Made by a program: the position numbers and the translations under genes
Part shown: positions 29,261-39,738 of the stretch, one piece after another
Numbering within the stretch: the stretch's first letter is position 1
Layout of the letters: every line of letters starts with the position of its first letter
The notes under the pieces: generated by a model
Told to the model about the DNA's origin: nothing
Database searches by the model: none
The model's input: only the letters and a program-made list of their open reading frames with translations
Source: Sphingobacteriia bacterium
GTDB taxonomy: Bacteria; Bacteroidota; Bacteroidia; B-17B0; Aurantibacillaceae
Length of the DNA: 64,000 nt
Reading direction: 5' to 3'
Assembly: GCA_009927275.1 (NCBI GenBank)
Contig: RFNG01000086.1
Location: 337-64,336, forward strand

Positions 29261-32008
29261 ATGGCAACTAACGATCGTAAAACAAGTAAAAATCCTGTAT
29301 CTTTTTCTGTTTCATTACCACAATTAGAAACACGGTTTAAGTACTTTCCGTTTTTAAATGAAAAAATAGCCATGGTATTAATTGGTATTATTGGCTTTAC
29401 CTTTTACATTACTTCAATAAATGGTGAATATGCACTTGATGATGGTATTATTATTCATCAGAACGATCACGTTATCAAAGGCCTTAGAGGTATTAAGGAT
29501 ATTTTAACAAAGGATGCCTATGAGAGCTTTTACCGCCGTATGTGTGCAACCGATCAACTTGCCGGTGGTCGATACCGTCCCCTTTCCGTAGTTAGTTTTG
29601 CCTTAGAACAAGAATTTATTGGACCGTACCGTACCGGTTTATACATGAAAGTTGAAGACTCTAACCGCAACGGTGTGCTCGACAAAGAGCCCGTAAATTA
29701 TATCACGCCTTGTGGACGTCCTGAAACAAATTATGAGTACAATGATTTTGTAGATAAAAACGGTAATGGTATTGCAGAGGGCAATGAGTGTTATCCATGC
29801 TGGGATTTAAACAAAAACTTTCAAAATGATTTTAATGAAGATTTAAATGTAGACGGTATTTTTAACGAGGTTGATTGCCAAGTATATGGCGCCAAAGTAC
29901 GACACTTTAATAATATTTGGACCTATGCTTTAGGATGCATGTTTTTATATTTAGTATTTGCACGTTATATATTTAGAACCAACCCGGATTTGGCATTTAT
30001 ATCTGCACTTTTATTTACCATGCATCCTATTCACTCGGAAGCTATCGCTAACGTAAAAAGCCGAGATGAAATATTTTCTTTAATTTTTATTTCGCTAACC
30101 CTGTTGTATACCTTTAAATACCTAGAGTTTAAAAAAATAAGTCACTTATTTTGGGCTTGTATTTTATTTTTACTAGCACTTTTATCAAAAGAATATGCCG
30201 TAATGCTATTAATTTTAATTCCTATTGCTGTATACATTTTTACAATTAATGATTTTGACGTAAAAGGTTTTTTCAATTATTTAAAAACACCTTCTGCTTG
30301 GTTAAAAAACAAATTGTTTAGTCCAATACTTTTTGTGGGAATGGCATTTGCCTTATCGGCATTTTTTATGCTGTATTTAAAACGAAATTATGACGTGCAC
30401 GCCCTTCCTGGTGCACCACCAATTAAATCGTTTTGGATTTTTCCGTTTTTATATATCGGTGTTGGCCTCCTGATGCTGGGAGGCAATAAAACACATGGCT
30501 TTCATCGCTTAATGAGCTGGTTTTACCTTGTTATGTTGGTATATTTAGGGATGCGCCTTGTTGCCGTTAAACTTAAACCGGGTGTACCCGATACAGAAAT
30601 TTTAAATAATCCATATTTATTAGCAAATGGCGAAGAGCGTTTTGCTACCAAAGGTTATGTGTTATTAAAGTATTTAACATTGCAGTTATTTCCGCATCCT
30701 CTTTCATCCGATTATTCTTACAATACTATACATTACCGTCATTTTTTAAGTTGGGATTTTCTGCTTTCTATGGGCTTACATCTGGCTATGGTATATTATG
30801 CTGTGAAACTAACCATCAAAAAACATATTTTGGGCTTTGCACTTATGACCTATATTTTGTTTGCCTTAATGATAGGCAACGTATTAATGGATATTGGTGC
30901 AACTATGGGCGAACGTTTGATTTTTCATTCAAACATTGGCTTTTGTATTGCAATTGCTTATGTATTGCTATATGTATACGAGCGTCTATTTTCAAAATCA
31001 CAAACTTTTGAAGTTGCCAGTTTGGGCAGCAGAACCAGTTTATATGGTATGTTAATTGGAATTGGTTTGTTATTTGGTATGAAAACTTGGGAGCGCAATT
31101 GGGATTGGAAAAATGATGTTACCTTGTTTTTAAAGGATGTTAAAACCATGCCGCATTCGGTATTAGTATTAGGAAATGCGGGTGCTCGCTGGGTAGATTT
31201 AGCCGATACCAAAGAGGTAACCGGCAAACAGGTTGTTGGACAGGACTCTACGCGTTTTAACGATTATAACGGCACACTTAAAATTACAGATGAAGATATT
31301 GTGGAATTTAATTCCAAAGACAGGTTTGTTAGTACCGTTGAAATCCATTCTAAACCCCGAACTATTACAAATCTAACCGAAATGTATAAGGCTATTGAAG
31401 ATGCAAAACAAGCATTGTCAAACGCCGGAGCTCCTAAAACAGAAGCTTACAAAACAGCACAAAAAACACTTACGGCTTTAAAAGATAAACTTGGTGATTT
31501 AAAACGTACAGCCGCTTTAAGTAAAGGCATTAAGTTTTTAAAACATGCTATAGAATTACACCCCCGTTACGTAAACGGATATTTAAATTTAGGATTGGCA
31601 AGCTTTAAACTCAAAAACGATTACGATGCATTATTTTATTGGAAGTATAACGCTGAGCGCCTATATCCCAACAACCCGTACCTGAGAAGTTATTATCAGG
31701 TATATGAAATTGAGCTCCGTAATCGTGGTGCACTTGCAGCACAACGTGGGCGTTGGGACTCTGCTGCTATAGCCTACAATAAATGGACTATTTTATCACC
31801 TCAAAATTCTGATGCTTGGACCAGTTTAGCGGGTGCATATTTTAATCAGGCTAAATTCAAATTATCCTATAAGAGTATTCAAGAAGCTTTAAAATACAAT
31901 CCGGGTAATGCGGAAGCCAAACGTATACAAGGTATGATTACACCTCAATTACTGGGTATTGTAACACAACCAACACAAGTTCCCGCAGTACCTAAAAATT
32001 CACGTTAA
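29261..32008 (+). CDS. TMTC-like GT-C glycosyltransferase (DUF1736 region) with C-terminal TPRs
   Basis: EYALDD, GRYRPLS, HPIHSEAIANVKSRDE, LSKE, PLSSDYS, MGERL, TWERNWDWKND..LF; TPRs AIELHPRYVNGYLNLG and ALKYNPGNAEA. Confidence 0.85.
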   Translation: MATNDRKTSKNPVSFSVSLPQLETRFKYFPFLNEKIAMVLIGIIGFTFYITSINGEYALDDGIIIHQNDHVIKGLRGIKDILTKDAYESFYRRMCATDQLAGGRYRPLSVVSFALEQEFIGPYRTGLYMKVEDSNRNGVLDKEPVNYITPCGRPETNYEYNDFVDKNGNGIAEGNECYPCWDLNKNFQNDFNEDLNVDGIFNEVDCQVYGAKVRHFNNIWTYALGCMFLYLVFARYIFRTNPDLAFISALLFTMHPIHSEAIANVKSRDEIFSLIFISLTLLYTFKYLEFKKISHLFWACILFLLALLSKEYAVMLLILIPIAVYIFTINDFDVKGFFNYLKTPSAWLKNKLFSPILFVGMAFALSAFFMLYLKRNYDVHALPGAPPIKSFWIFPFLYIGVGLLMLGGNKTHGFHRLMSWFYLVMLVYLGMRLVAVKLKPGVPDTEILNNPYLLANGEERFATKGYVLLKYLTLQLFPHPLSSDYSYNTIHYRHFLSWDFLLSMGLHLAMVYYAVKLTIKKHILGFALMTYILFALMIGNVLMDIGATMGERLIFHSNIGFCIAIAYVLLYVYERLFSKSQTFEVASLGSRTSLYGMLIGIGLLFGMKTWERNWDWKNDVTLFLKDVKTMPHSVLVLGNAGARWVDLADTKEVTGKQVVGQDSTRFNDYNGTLKITDEDIVEFNSKDRFVSTVEIHSKPRTITNLTEMYKAIEDAKQALSNAGAPKTEAYKTAQKTLTALKDKLGDLKRTAALSKGIKFLKHAIELHPRYVNGYLNLGLASFKLKNDYDALFYWKYNAERLYPNNPYLRSYYQVYEIELRNRGALAAQRGRWDSAAIAYNKWTILSPQNSDAWTSLAGAYFNQAKFKLSYKSIQEALKYNPGNAEAKRIQGMITPQLLGIVTQPTQVPAVPKNSR

Positions 32009-32412
32009 TGCCTTTAGCCAGGTTTTTAACCTTTTTGATTTTATTGGTTATACACCATAAAAGTTTTTTTGCGCAAATACAACACAGCGCAGAAATACCA
32101 TTTGATTCCAAAAAAAATATTGATGTTGTATCATTATTTGAAGACTCTTTATGCAGTAGTTTTGCCATTCAAATTAAAACAAATGTTTTACCGCATAAAC
32201 ATGCTCAACACAGTGAACATGTTTATGTTGTATCGGGCTTTGGTGAAATGGTTTTGGGCACAGATACCTTTAAAATAGCTTCTGGCGATTTGATTTTTAT
32301 TCCCAAAAACACGGTGCATGCGGTAAAATCAATTGGCGCATCGGTTTTAAAGGTTATCAGCATACAAAGCCCACGTTTTGACGGAACGGATCGCATCCTA
32401 ACAAAGCCTTAG
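32008..32412 (+). CDS. Secreted cupin-domain protein
   Basis: HKHAQHSEHVYVVSG, GDLIFIPKNTVH; N-terminal signal peptide; TAATG overlap with the upstream gene. Confidence 0.85.
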   Translation: MPLARFLTFLILLVIHHKSFFAQIQHSAEIPFDSKKNIDVVSLFEDSLCSSFAIQIKTNVLPHKHAQHSEHVYVVSGFGEMVLGTDTFKIASGDLIFIPKNTVHAVKSIGASVLKVISIQSPRFDGTDRILTKP

Positions 32413-32414
32413 TT

Positions 32415-33626
32415 TTATTCTGAAATTTGCCCCAATTTCCAAGATTCTATCGCTGATTCCAGCATGTCGGCATATTGTGTGGAACGGTTTAACATCCATG
32501 GTTTACAATTGCAGTTGGGCGTTTCGGTTTTGGTAAAATTAAATCGTACAGTTGACGGACTGCCTAATGGTCCGTAAATCCAGGTTTCTTCGTTATTATA
32601 CTGAATCACCTGGGTAGGCTTACCAAACAAGATATACGTCATACCCTGATCGGTGAAAGCACCCGGTGAAGCATCAGAATACCATACATGTGCATTATTT
32701 ACACGCTTGTAATACGACTTAATAACCTTTCGGGCCAGTATTTTACTTTTGCATAATGCTAGCCATACCGAATCAAGATCCTGTTTATGAAACATGGTTT
32801 TTTGTATGGTATTTCGGTCTTTAGGATTTAATAAATACAATACAGGCCAGTATAAATCCGATGCCATAGTCCATAAATCTGAAACGGCACTGGCGTACAT
32901 GCAAATACCTGTATTTTGAGCATTGCAATGAAACACATAAAGGCCATCGTATAGAGGTTGTAGGGTAAAAACGCCGTTGGTAGCATGTAACGTTTGAGTG
33001 CTTACTGGTAAATGTGTTTGCTGCGCCTCGGTGTCATCTACAGGATGGGGTATTATATGGTTAAAGCTAAAATATTGAAGCTCCAGCGATTTAAAAAAAG
33101 TATCTGCAAATTCAATAGTATATTCCCTACCCGTTTGTAAATGCGGTTTAGCCATCCATTGCCCATTTTCAATTAATTTAAATCGTGATTGCGCATTACA
33201 CAATTCAGCGTATGATAAACTACGTATTTGTGTTTTTCCTGTATGTACATCTGCGAACTGAATACTTAACACCTCAGATTTGAATAACCTTGCATTTAAT
33301 GTAACGGATGCTGATATTATTCGCATGGGTCTTAGTTGTGATTGTGCCTTAAGTTCTAAAAACGTTTCTCCCAGTATTTTAAATTCATTGGTTTTTTTTT
33401 GCAAACCGTATTGTATGTTTAATCGGGACGAGAAGGTGCCACTCTCAGATTCACGCTTATAAGTTAACTCAGAAGACGAAATGGAAAATAAAATTTGCAG
33501 GGAATCGCCTTTGCAAAATGTAGTAAGTTGTAAATTGGGATTAGTTTGAAGTGATTGCGCCTTTATATTAAAAAAAATTAAACAAAAAAATAAACAGAAT
33601 CTAAAATTTGATGTTTGAAAGCACAT
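32415..33626 (-). CDS. GWxTD-domain-like secreted protein
   Basis: YYKRVNNAHVWYS...PGAFTDQGMTYILFGKP..EETWIYG matches the GWxTD family layout with a degenerate motif; signal peptide IKA-Q. Confidence 0.75.
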   Translation of the reverse strand: MCFQTSNFRFCLFFCLIFFNIKAQSLQTNPNLQLTTFCKGDSLQILFSISSSELTYKRESESGTFSSRLNIQYGLQKKTNEFKILGETFLELKAQSQLRPMRIISASVTLNARLFKSEVLSIQFADVHTGKTQIRSLSYAELCNAQSRFKLIENGQWMAKPHLQTGREYTIEFADTFFKSLELQYFSFNHIIPHPVDDTEAQQTHLPVSTQTLHATNGVFTLQPLYDGLYVFHCNAQNTGICMYASAVSDLWTMASDLYWPVLYLLNPKDRNTIQKTMFHKQDLDSVWLALCKSKILARKVIKSYYKRVNNAHVWYSDASPGAFTDQGMTYILFGKPTQVIQYNNEETWIYGPLGSPSTVRFNFTKTETPNCNCKPWMLNRSTQYADMLESAIESWKLGQISE

Positions 33627-33660
33627 GTGTTAATACGAATTTAATACCTTTAGACTAACA

Positions 33661-34746
33661 ATGACATCCCTGTTTAAAAAAATACTGCCCTGGATTGGGT
33701 TTTTGATTTTGTTACTTTGTACGTTTTTGTTTTATAAGATTGCTATCTATTTTACTTTGTCGGTATTTGTGTATTTAATGTGTCAACCTATAAAACAAAT
33801 TTTACAAAACACGCTTTTTAAAAAAATAAAAGCCTCAGAAGTAACCTTCAATTTTTTAGCTTTTATCATTTTAATTAGTTTTTTAATACTGATTGGTATT
33901 TTTATTTTTCCAACCCTGTTTATTCAAACTAAACTTATTATTACAAACCGAACACATTTAGTACCCTTTGTTCTTGATAGTTTTCCGGCATTATCACGGA
34001 TTACCCAAGAGTATATGAGTAAAACCGAATTACTGACCCTGTTAAATACGCAGATTGCTCAGGTATTTGATCAAATACAAATTTCTGTACTTATTGGAAA
34101 TTCACTTGAATTGATTAGCAATGTATTTTCTGGTATATTTTGTGTTATGGTTATTTCTATTTTTTTATTGAAAGACCGCACGCTTATTGTAAAAATTATT
34201 GATGCATTTACACCAGATAAATACCGCCATGAAATCCTGCAAAGCGTTCGGAAAAGCAGAATAATTTTAGGAAAATACTATTTGGCTTTACTTTTAGACA
34301 TGTTTGTGGTAGCAGCCTTATCATTTATACTGTTAAGTTGTTTTGGTTATAAAAATGCCTTTATTATTGCCATTTTTGCAGGACTTTTTAATGCAATACC
34401 TTACGTAGGGCCATTGTTAACTTTTACGCTTTCTCTAATTTTAACCTTAAACGAGGCCTTTATTAGTCATAATCCCGAACATGTTTCGTCCCAATTGATT
34501 ATTGCTATATTATGTTTATGTGCTGTGTATCTTTTTGATGCAGCCTACCTGCAACCCAAATTATTTTCAAAATCCATTCAGGCACATCCTCTTGAAGTTT
34601 TTACAATAATAATAATGGCCGGCTCCATTGGTGGTGTTATTGGCATGATGTTTGCGGTTCCACTGTATTCATTAATTCGTGTAATTTCCAGCACATTTTT
34701 ATCACATATAGAATTTTTTAACACGATATCAAAAAACATTAAATAA
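33661..34746 (+). CDS. AI-2E family transporter
   Basis: Multi-TM; IFAGLFNAIPYVGP, YLQPKLFSKSIQAHPL, GVIGMMFAVP. Confidence 0.9.
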   Translation: MTSLFKKILPWIGFLILLLCTFLFYKIAIYFTLSVFVYLMCQPIKQILQNTLFKKIKASEVTFNFLAFIILISFLILIGIFIFPTLFIQTKLIITNRTHLVPFVLDSFPALSRITQEYMSKTELLTLLNTQIAQVFDQIQISVLIGNSLELISNVFSGIFCVMVISIFLLKDRTLIVKIIDAFTPDKYRHEILQSVRKSRIILGKYYLALLLDMFVVAALSFILLSCFGYKNAFIIAIFAGLFNAIPYVGPLLTFTLSLILTLNEAFISHNPEHVSSQLIIAILCLCAVYLFDAAYLQPKLFSKSIQAHPLEVFTIIIMAGSIGGVIGMMFAVPLYSLIRVISSTFLSHIEFFNTISKNIK

Positions 34747-34765
34747 GGTTGATTGTTGTGGCATT

Positions 34766-35541
34766 ATGAACACCACGCAATTAAAAAACCTACAAAATGA
34801 GATTGAAGGTACGCGTCAATTACTCGTACAGCATCCCCTTTATAAAAGTATACGTACGCCGGCGCATGTTATCCAGTTTATGGAACATCATGTATTTGCG
34901 GTTTGGGACTTTATGAGCTTGGTTAAATCCCTTCAGCACGAACTCACTGTAACCAATGGCCTTGGTTTACACGCACGACACCTGAACTTCGCAGACTTAT
35001 TAATGAAATTGTGTTGGGTGAAGAGTCTGATATTCATCCGGCGGGTGGCTTTTGCAGCCATTTTGAACTGTATTTAGAAGCCATGAATCAATGTGGCGCC
35101 CGTACAAATTCTATTTTAGCTTTTTGCAAAAACTACGAAACCTCCAATAACTTAACCCTTGCATTTAACCGTGCCCAAGTTTTACCGGCGTGCCAAAATT
35201 TTGTTGCATTTACTATGGGTATACTTCAAATGCAAAAACCTCACTGTACCGCTGCTGTATTTACGTTTGGCAGAGAGGATTTAATTCCTGATATGTTTAT
35301 TAAATTGCTGCATCATTTTGATTTACAGGATCAAAAACGATTTAGTACGTTTAATTATTACCTTAAACGCCATATTGAAATAGATGGTGAACAGCATGGT
35401 AAAATGGCCTTAAGCCTCGTGTCACATTTATGCGGAACAGATCCTTTAAAGTGGCAAGAAGCTACATCGTATGCCATCAAAGCACTTGATGCCCGTCGTA
35501 CACTTTGGGATGCTGTTTTAACTACATTACAGAAATCTTAA
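34766..35541 (+). CDS. DUF3050 family protein, heme-oxygenase-like fold (frameshift near 34958)
   Basis: HPLY..I, FMEHHVFAVWDFMSLVKSLQ. Adding one base restores PWF...RRLINEIVLGEESD. Also SHFELYLEAM, FTFGREDLIPDMF, YLKRHIEIDG..HG. Confidence 0.85.
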
Positions 35542-36138
35542 TTATACTATTGAACGAAATGTAATATTAATACGTGCTGCTGTAATAGATTTAGCTTTTG
35601 GTAAGGCATGTTGCCAATACAGTTGCGTACCACCGTGCATAATTAATAACGATCCATGTTCCAAGGGCAGGTTATAAACTGTTTTATGGTTAGATTTTAA
35701 ACGAAATTTAATATTTCGCGTTATACCAAACGAAAACGAGGCAATAACCGGATCGTTTCCCAGTTCGGGTTCATCATCACTGTGCCAGCCCATAGAATCT
35801 AATCCGTTATTATAACGGTTTAATAAAGCTGCGTTCCAATTGGATTGATACACCCTGTTACAACAATTTAAAAGGTATTTTAATTGCTGATTCCAGGGCT
35901 TTGGATTTAGCTTTAAATTACTATACGTATATGGCTTATCCGCGTCGGCATAATAAGCAATACAACGGGGTTGCATTACATCACGTCCAAACAACCTAAT
36001 GGGATAACGCTTCCACTCTGTTTGATGATTTAGAAATTCATAAATACGATGGGCTTCGTTGGTATTAAAAAAATTAGGGTAATAGCTTAAATGTAATTGC
36101 TGTTGATGTATTGTAATTACATGTTTTAAACCCTGCAT
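35542..36138 (-). CDS. AlkB-family 2OG-Fe(II) dioxygenase (ALKBH2/3-like)
   Basis: QPRCIAYY, LLNRY..G.DSMGWHSDDE, SFSFG..R, WQHALPK, RINITFR. Confidence 0.92.
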   Translation of the reverse strand: MQGLKHVITIHQQQLHLSYYPNFFNTNEAHRIYEFLNHQTEWKRYPIRLFGRDVMQPRCIAYYADADKPYTYSNLKLNPKPWNQQLKYLLNCCNRVYQSNWNAALLNRYNNGLDSMGWHSDDEPELGNDPVIASFSFGITRNIKFRLKSNHKTVYNLPLEHGSLLIMHGGTQLYWQHALPKAKSITAARINITFRSIV

Positions 36139-36698
36139 TATACCGTTAAAATCTCTTTTTCTTTTTGCTCAACATGCTTATCAACTTTTCCAACAAAAGT
36201 ATCTGTAAGCTGTTGGATTTGTTGTTCCTGGTCTTTTGCAACATCTTCAGGTAATCCGTTTTTTTGTAATTTTTTTACAGCCTCCATGCCTTCTTTTCGG
36301 GCATTGCGAATACCCACTTTGGCATCTTCCCCTAAAGCACGCGCCGTTTTGGTTAATTCTTTACGTCGTTCTTCAGTTAATGGCGGTATACTGATACGTA
36401 TAATGACACCATCATTTTGAGGATTTAATCCCAAATTAGCCATTTGTATGGCCTTTTCTATGGGCGTAAGCATGGATTTTTCCCAAGGTTGTATAATTAA
36501 GGTTCTGGCATCCTGGGTATTAACACTTGCTGTATTTGATATTGGCACACGTGATCCGTAATAATCAACCATCACATTTTCTAACATCACGGGATTTGCC
36601 TTGCCGGCTCTTACCTTTTGTAATTCGGTTTCTAAATGTGAAATGGCTTTTTCCATTGCCACTTTCGTTTGGTTTTGAATTTCAATAACATCATTCAT
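36138..36698 (-). CDS. frr: Ribosome recycling factor
   Basis: RAGKANP, VDYYGS, IQPWEK, NPQNDG, IPPLTEERRKEL. Confidence 0.97.
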   Translation of the reverse strand: MNDVIEIQNQTKVAMEKAISHLETELQKVRAGKANPVMLENVMVDYYGSRVPISNTASVNTQDARTLIIQPWEKSMLTPIEKAIQMANLGLNPQNDGVIIRISIPPLTEERRKELTKTARALGEDAKVGIRNARKEGMEAVKKLQKNGLPEDVAKDQEQQIQQLTDTFVGKVDKHVEQKEKEILTV

Positions 36699-36707
36699 AA
36701 AAATTGG

Positions 36708-37838
36708 TTAATTGGTTAATAAGTGTTTTAATGTATTTAAGGTGTATTGAATTTCTTGTGAGGTGTTAAATTTACTAAAACTGAAACGTACCGAAGGCTT
36801 GTTCATATTAACACCCAAGGCTCTTAACACATGGCTTCCCTGATTGCTTCCGCTACTGCATGCGCTTCCACCGCTTGCGGCAATTCCTTTAATATCTAAA
36901 TTAAACAACAGCATTTCCGCATCGGGATGTTCTGGAAACCTACAATTTAAAACGGTATATAATGCTTTTTCAAAATCCGTTTCACCATTAAACTCAATAT
37001 CAGGTATTATATTTTTTAAACCCGCCATAAATTCTTGCTTCAGTCCATAAATATGGGCTTGATGCGTTTCCATTTCGGTATAACATAATTCAAAGGCTTT
37101 TGCCAGTCCAACAATACCAGCCACATTTTCAGTACCTCCTCGCATCTGCCGTTCTTGTGCGCCGCCATGTATTAATGGTGTTAATTTATGTGCCCCATCC
37201 ATATATAAAAAACCAATACCTTTTGGACCATGAAATTTATGAGCGGCGCAGGTCATAAAATGTACTTTGTCACGCTTAGGCTGTAATGCATAATGCCCCA
37301 TGGTTTGAACCGTGTCAGAGTGAAATAACGCCTTATAGGATTCACACAATTGTCCCACCTTATCTAAAGGAAGTAATGTTCCAATTTCATTATTGGCATG
37401 CATCAGGCTTACCAGAGCATCGGGATTGGATTTTAAAAGCCCTTCTAAATGCTCTAAATCAATATTTCCTTTTGAATCGGTTTGTACCCAATGCAGTTTA
37501 ATTTTTCCCTGTTGCTCTAATATTTTAGCCGTATGCTCAACAGCATGATGTTCTGTTTTTGCAGTGATGATGTGTTTAACACCAAAGGCCTCTGTACATT
37601 GCTGAAGCACCATATTATCGGCTTCTGTACCTCCACTTGTAAAAAACAACTCTGAAGGCGCTACACCTAAATAGTGTGCAATCTGTTTGCGGGCAAGTTC
37701 TATATGATTTCGGGTTTTACGTCCAAAATGGTGTATCGAGGAAGGATTTCCAAATTCCGTTGCCATCACCGGCCACATGGCATCTAAAACTAAAGGATCT
37801 ACGGGTGTTGTAGCGGCATTATCAAAATATACATGCAT
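36708..37838 (-). CDS. Cysteine desulfurase family protein (IscS/NifS-like)
   Basis: YFDNAATT, FTSGGTE, HANNEIG, HSDTVQ, AAHKFHGPKG, SGGSACSSG. Confidence 0.92.
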   Translation of the reverse strand: MHVYFDNAATTPVDPLVLDAMWPVMATEFGNPSSIHHFGRKTRNHIELARKQIAHYLGVAPSELFFTSGGTEADNMVLQQCTEAFGVKHIITAKTEHHAVEHTAKILEQQGKIKLHWVQTDSKGNIDLEHLEGLLKSNPDALVSLMHANNEIGTLLPLDKVGQLCESYKALFHSDTVQTMGHYALQPKRDKVHFMTCAAHKFHGPKGIGFLYMDGAHKLTPLIHGGAQERQMRGGTENVAGIVGLAKAFELCYTEMETHQAHIYGLKQEFMAGLKNIIPDIEFNGETDFEKALYTVLNCRFPEHPDAEMLLFNLDIKGIAASGGSACSSGSNQGSHVLRALGVNMNKPSVRFSFSKFNTSQEIQYTLNTLKHLLTN

Positions 37839-37863
37839 TATTTACAAAATTACAAATTCAAGG

Positions 37864-39255
37864 CTAATGAGTTAAATTTAAAATATGTTGCGCAAATTGT
37901 TTTGCGAGCGTTTCCGATTGTTCTGCTGTAGCGGATTCGGTATATATTCTGATTATTGGTTCTGTGTTACTCTTTCGTAAATGGACCCAGGCGTCATCAA
38001 AATCAATTTTTAATCCATCCTGTGTATTTAATTTGGCATCTGAAAATTGTGTTGCTAAACGGTTTAAAATGTTATCTAAAGCAATTGAAGAATCCAGTTC
38101 AACTTTATGTTTTGACATGACATAGCGTGGCAATTGCGCTTTACATGCCGATAATGGTATATTTTGTTCAGCCAGCCAAGATAAAAACAATGCAATTCCT
38201 GCCAATGCATCACGTCCGTAATGTAAATCGGCAACAATAATGCCTCCGTTTCCTTCACCGCCAATGCGCGCTCCAATACGTTTCATGGTAGATACCACAT
38301 GAACTTCACCAACTGCTGAAGCCTCATACACCGCACCGGCCTTTCGGGTTATGTCTGACAAGGCGCGTGAACTTGACAAATTACTAACCGTTGGTGTACC
38401 TGGAATGCACTTTAGCATATATTGTGCAACAGCTACTAAAGTATATTCTTCTCCAAAAAGTGTACCGTCCTCGCAAACCAATGCCAATCGATCAACATCC
38501 GGATCTACACTAATACCCAAACTTGCCTTTTGAACCGTTACAGCTTGGCATAAATCCTTTAAATGCTCGGGTAATGGCTCGGGATTGTGTGCAAAATCAC
38601 CATGCATGGTATTATGAATACAGGTGGGCGCTTGTAAACCAAGTGCTAGTAATAACTGTGGAACAGCCAGAGCCCCAATGGAATTAATAGGGTCTACCAC
38701 TATGTTAAAATTAGCACGCTGAATTGCCTTTGCATTAACATAAGGCAATTGTAATATGGCTTGAATATGCCGCTCTAAAGCTCCTTCTACCTTAAGATAA
38801 GTACCTAATTGGTCTACGTTGGCATAATTAAAGTCCAAAGTTTCTGCAATTTGCAACAAATGCGCACCCCATGCGGCACTGATAAATTCACCCTTATCGT
38901 TTAAAAGCTTTAATGCATTCCATTGTTTGGGATTATGGCTTGCTGTTAAAATAATACCGCCCTGTGCCTGTTGATGCACCACTTCGAGTTCTGTTGTAGG
39001 TGTTGTTGCTTGCCCTAAATCCAGCACATGGATGCCACAAGCCATGAGGGTGCCAGATACCAATTGATGTACCATGTGTCCGCTTATTCTAGAATCACGG
39101 GCGATAACAACAGCACATTGTTTTTGTGGATTTTGCAACTGAATTAAGCGCGCATAGGCGCTTGTAAATTTTACAACATCCGGAGGCGTTAAATTATCTC
39201 CGGGCATGCCGCCAATGGTACCTCTAATTCCTGAAATACTTTTAATTAATGTCAC
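37864..39255 (-). CDS. glmM: Phosphoglucosamine mutase
   Basis: MTLIKSISGIRG, TASHNP, DPDVDR, GGEGNG, RKSNTEPIIR; GTG start. Confidence 0.92.
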   Translation of the reverse strand: MTLIKSISGIRGTIGGMPGDNLTPPDVVKFTSAYARLIQLQNPQKQCAVVIARDSRISGHMVHQLVSGTLMACGIHVLDLGQATTPTTELEVVHQQAQGGIILTASHNPKQWNALKLLNDKGEFISAAWGAHLLQIAETLDFNYANVDQLGTYLKVEGALERHIQAILQLPYVNAKAIQRANFNIVVDPINSIGALAVPQLLLALGLQAPTCIHNTMHGDFAHNPEPLPEHLKDLCQAVTVQKASLGISVDPDVDRLALVCEDGTLFGEEYTLVAVAQYMLKCIPGTPTVSNLSSSRALSDITRKAGAVYEASAVGEVHVVSTMKRIGARIGGEGNGGIIVADLHYGRDALAGIALFLSWLAEQNIPLSACKAQLPRYVMSKHKVELDSSIALDNILNRLATQFSDAKLNTQDGLKIDFDDAWVHLRKSNTEPIIRIYTESATAEQSETLAKQFAQHILNLTH

Positions 39256-39265
39256 TTTTTTTATG

Positions 39266-39273
39266 CGAAGATA
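39266..39273 (-). promoter_or_regulatory. Variant -7 promoter element for glmM
   Basis: TATCTTCG on the minus strand, 10 nt upstream of the GTG start. Confidence 0.45.
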
Positions 39274-39336
39274 TTGAATATTCGCATTTTTAAGTTCTGT
39301 TGATGTGCCATTTATTTACATTATATTTACTTACAT

Positions 39337-39732
39337 ATGCGTTGTGCAAGTGTACTTCTTGTAATGTTGGGATTTTATGTTGCCAAAGGCAACACGCCGT
39401 ACATTGTTATATTTCAAATTAAAAACCCATCATATACCTGTTTAAACGATTCTAACAGACTTAAAGCGCCTTTAGGAACACAGTATTTACAATTGTTAAA
39501 TAATCGTGTTAAACGCCGTATAGCAGCCGGATTGGCATTTCCGTTTCCGTTTGGAATTACCGGCTTACATCGGGTATACCTGGGCACCTCACCGCATGTG
39601 CCAGTTGTTTATATGGCAACACTCGGTGGCGCTTTAGGTATTTTACCGTTAATTGATTTTTGTATTTTATTAAGTAATTCCAATATTGATACCTACTGTA
39701 ACCGAAACCGGGTATTTATTTGGCAGCCTTAG
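39337..39732 (+). CDS. TM2/NINE-domain membrane protein
   Basis: AAGLAFPFPFGITGLHRVYLG...TLGGALGILPLIDF. Confidence 0.75.
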   Translation: MRCASVLLVMLGFYVAKGNTPYIVIFQIKNPSYTCLNDSNRLKAPLGTQYLQLLNNRVKRRIAAGLAFPFPFGITGLHRVYLGTSPHVPVVYMATLGGALGILPLIDFCILLSNSNIDTYCNRNRVFIWQP

Positions 39733-39738
39733 TGGATT

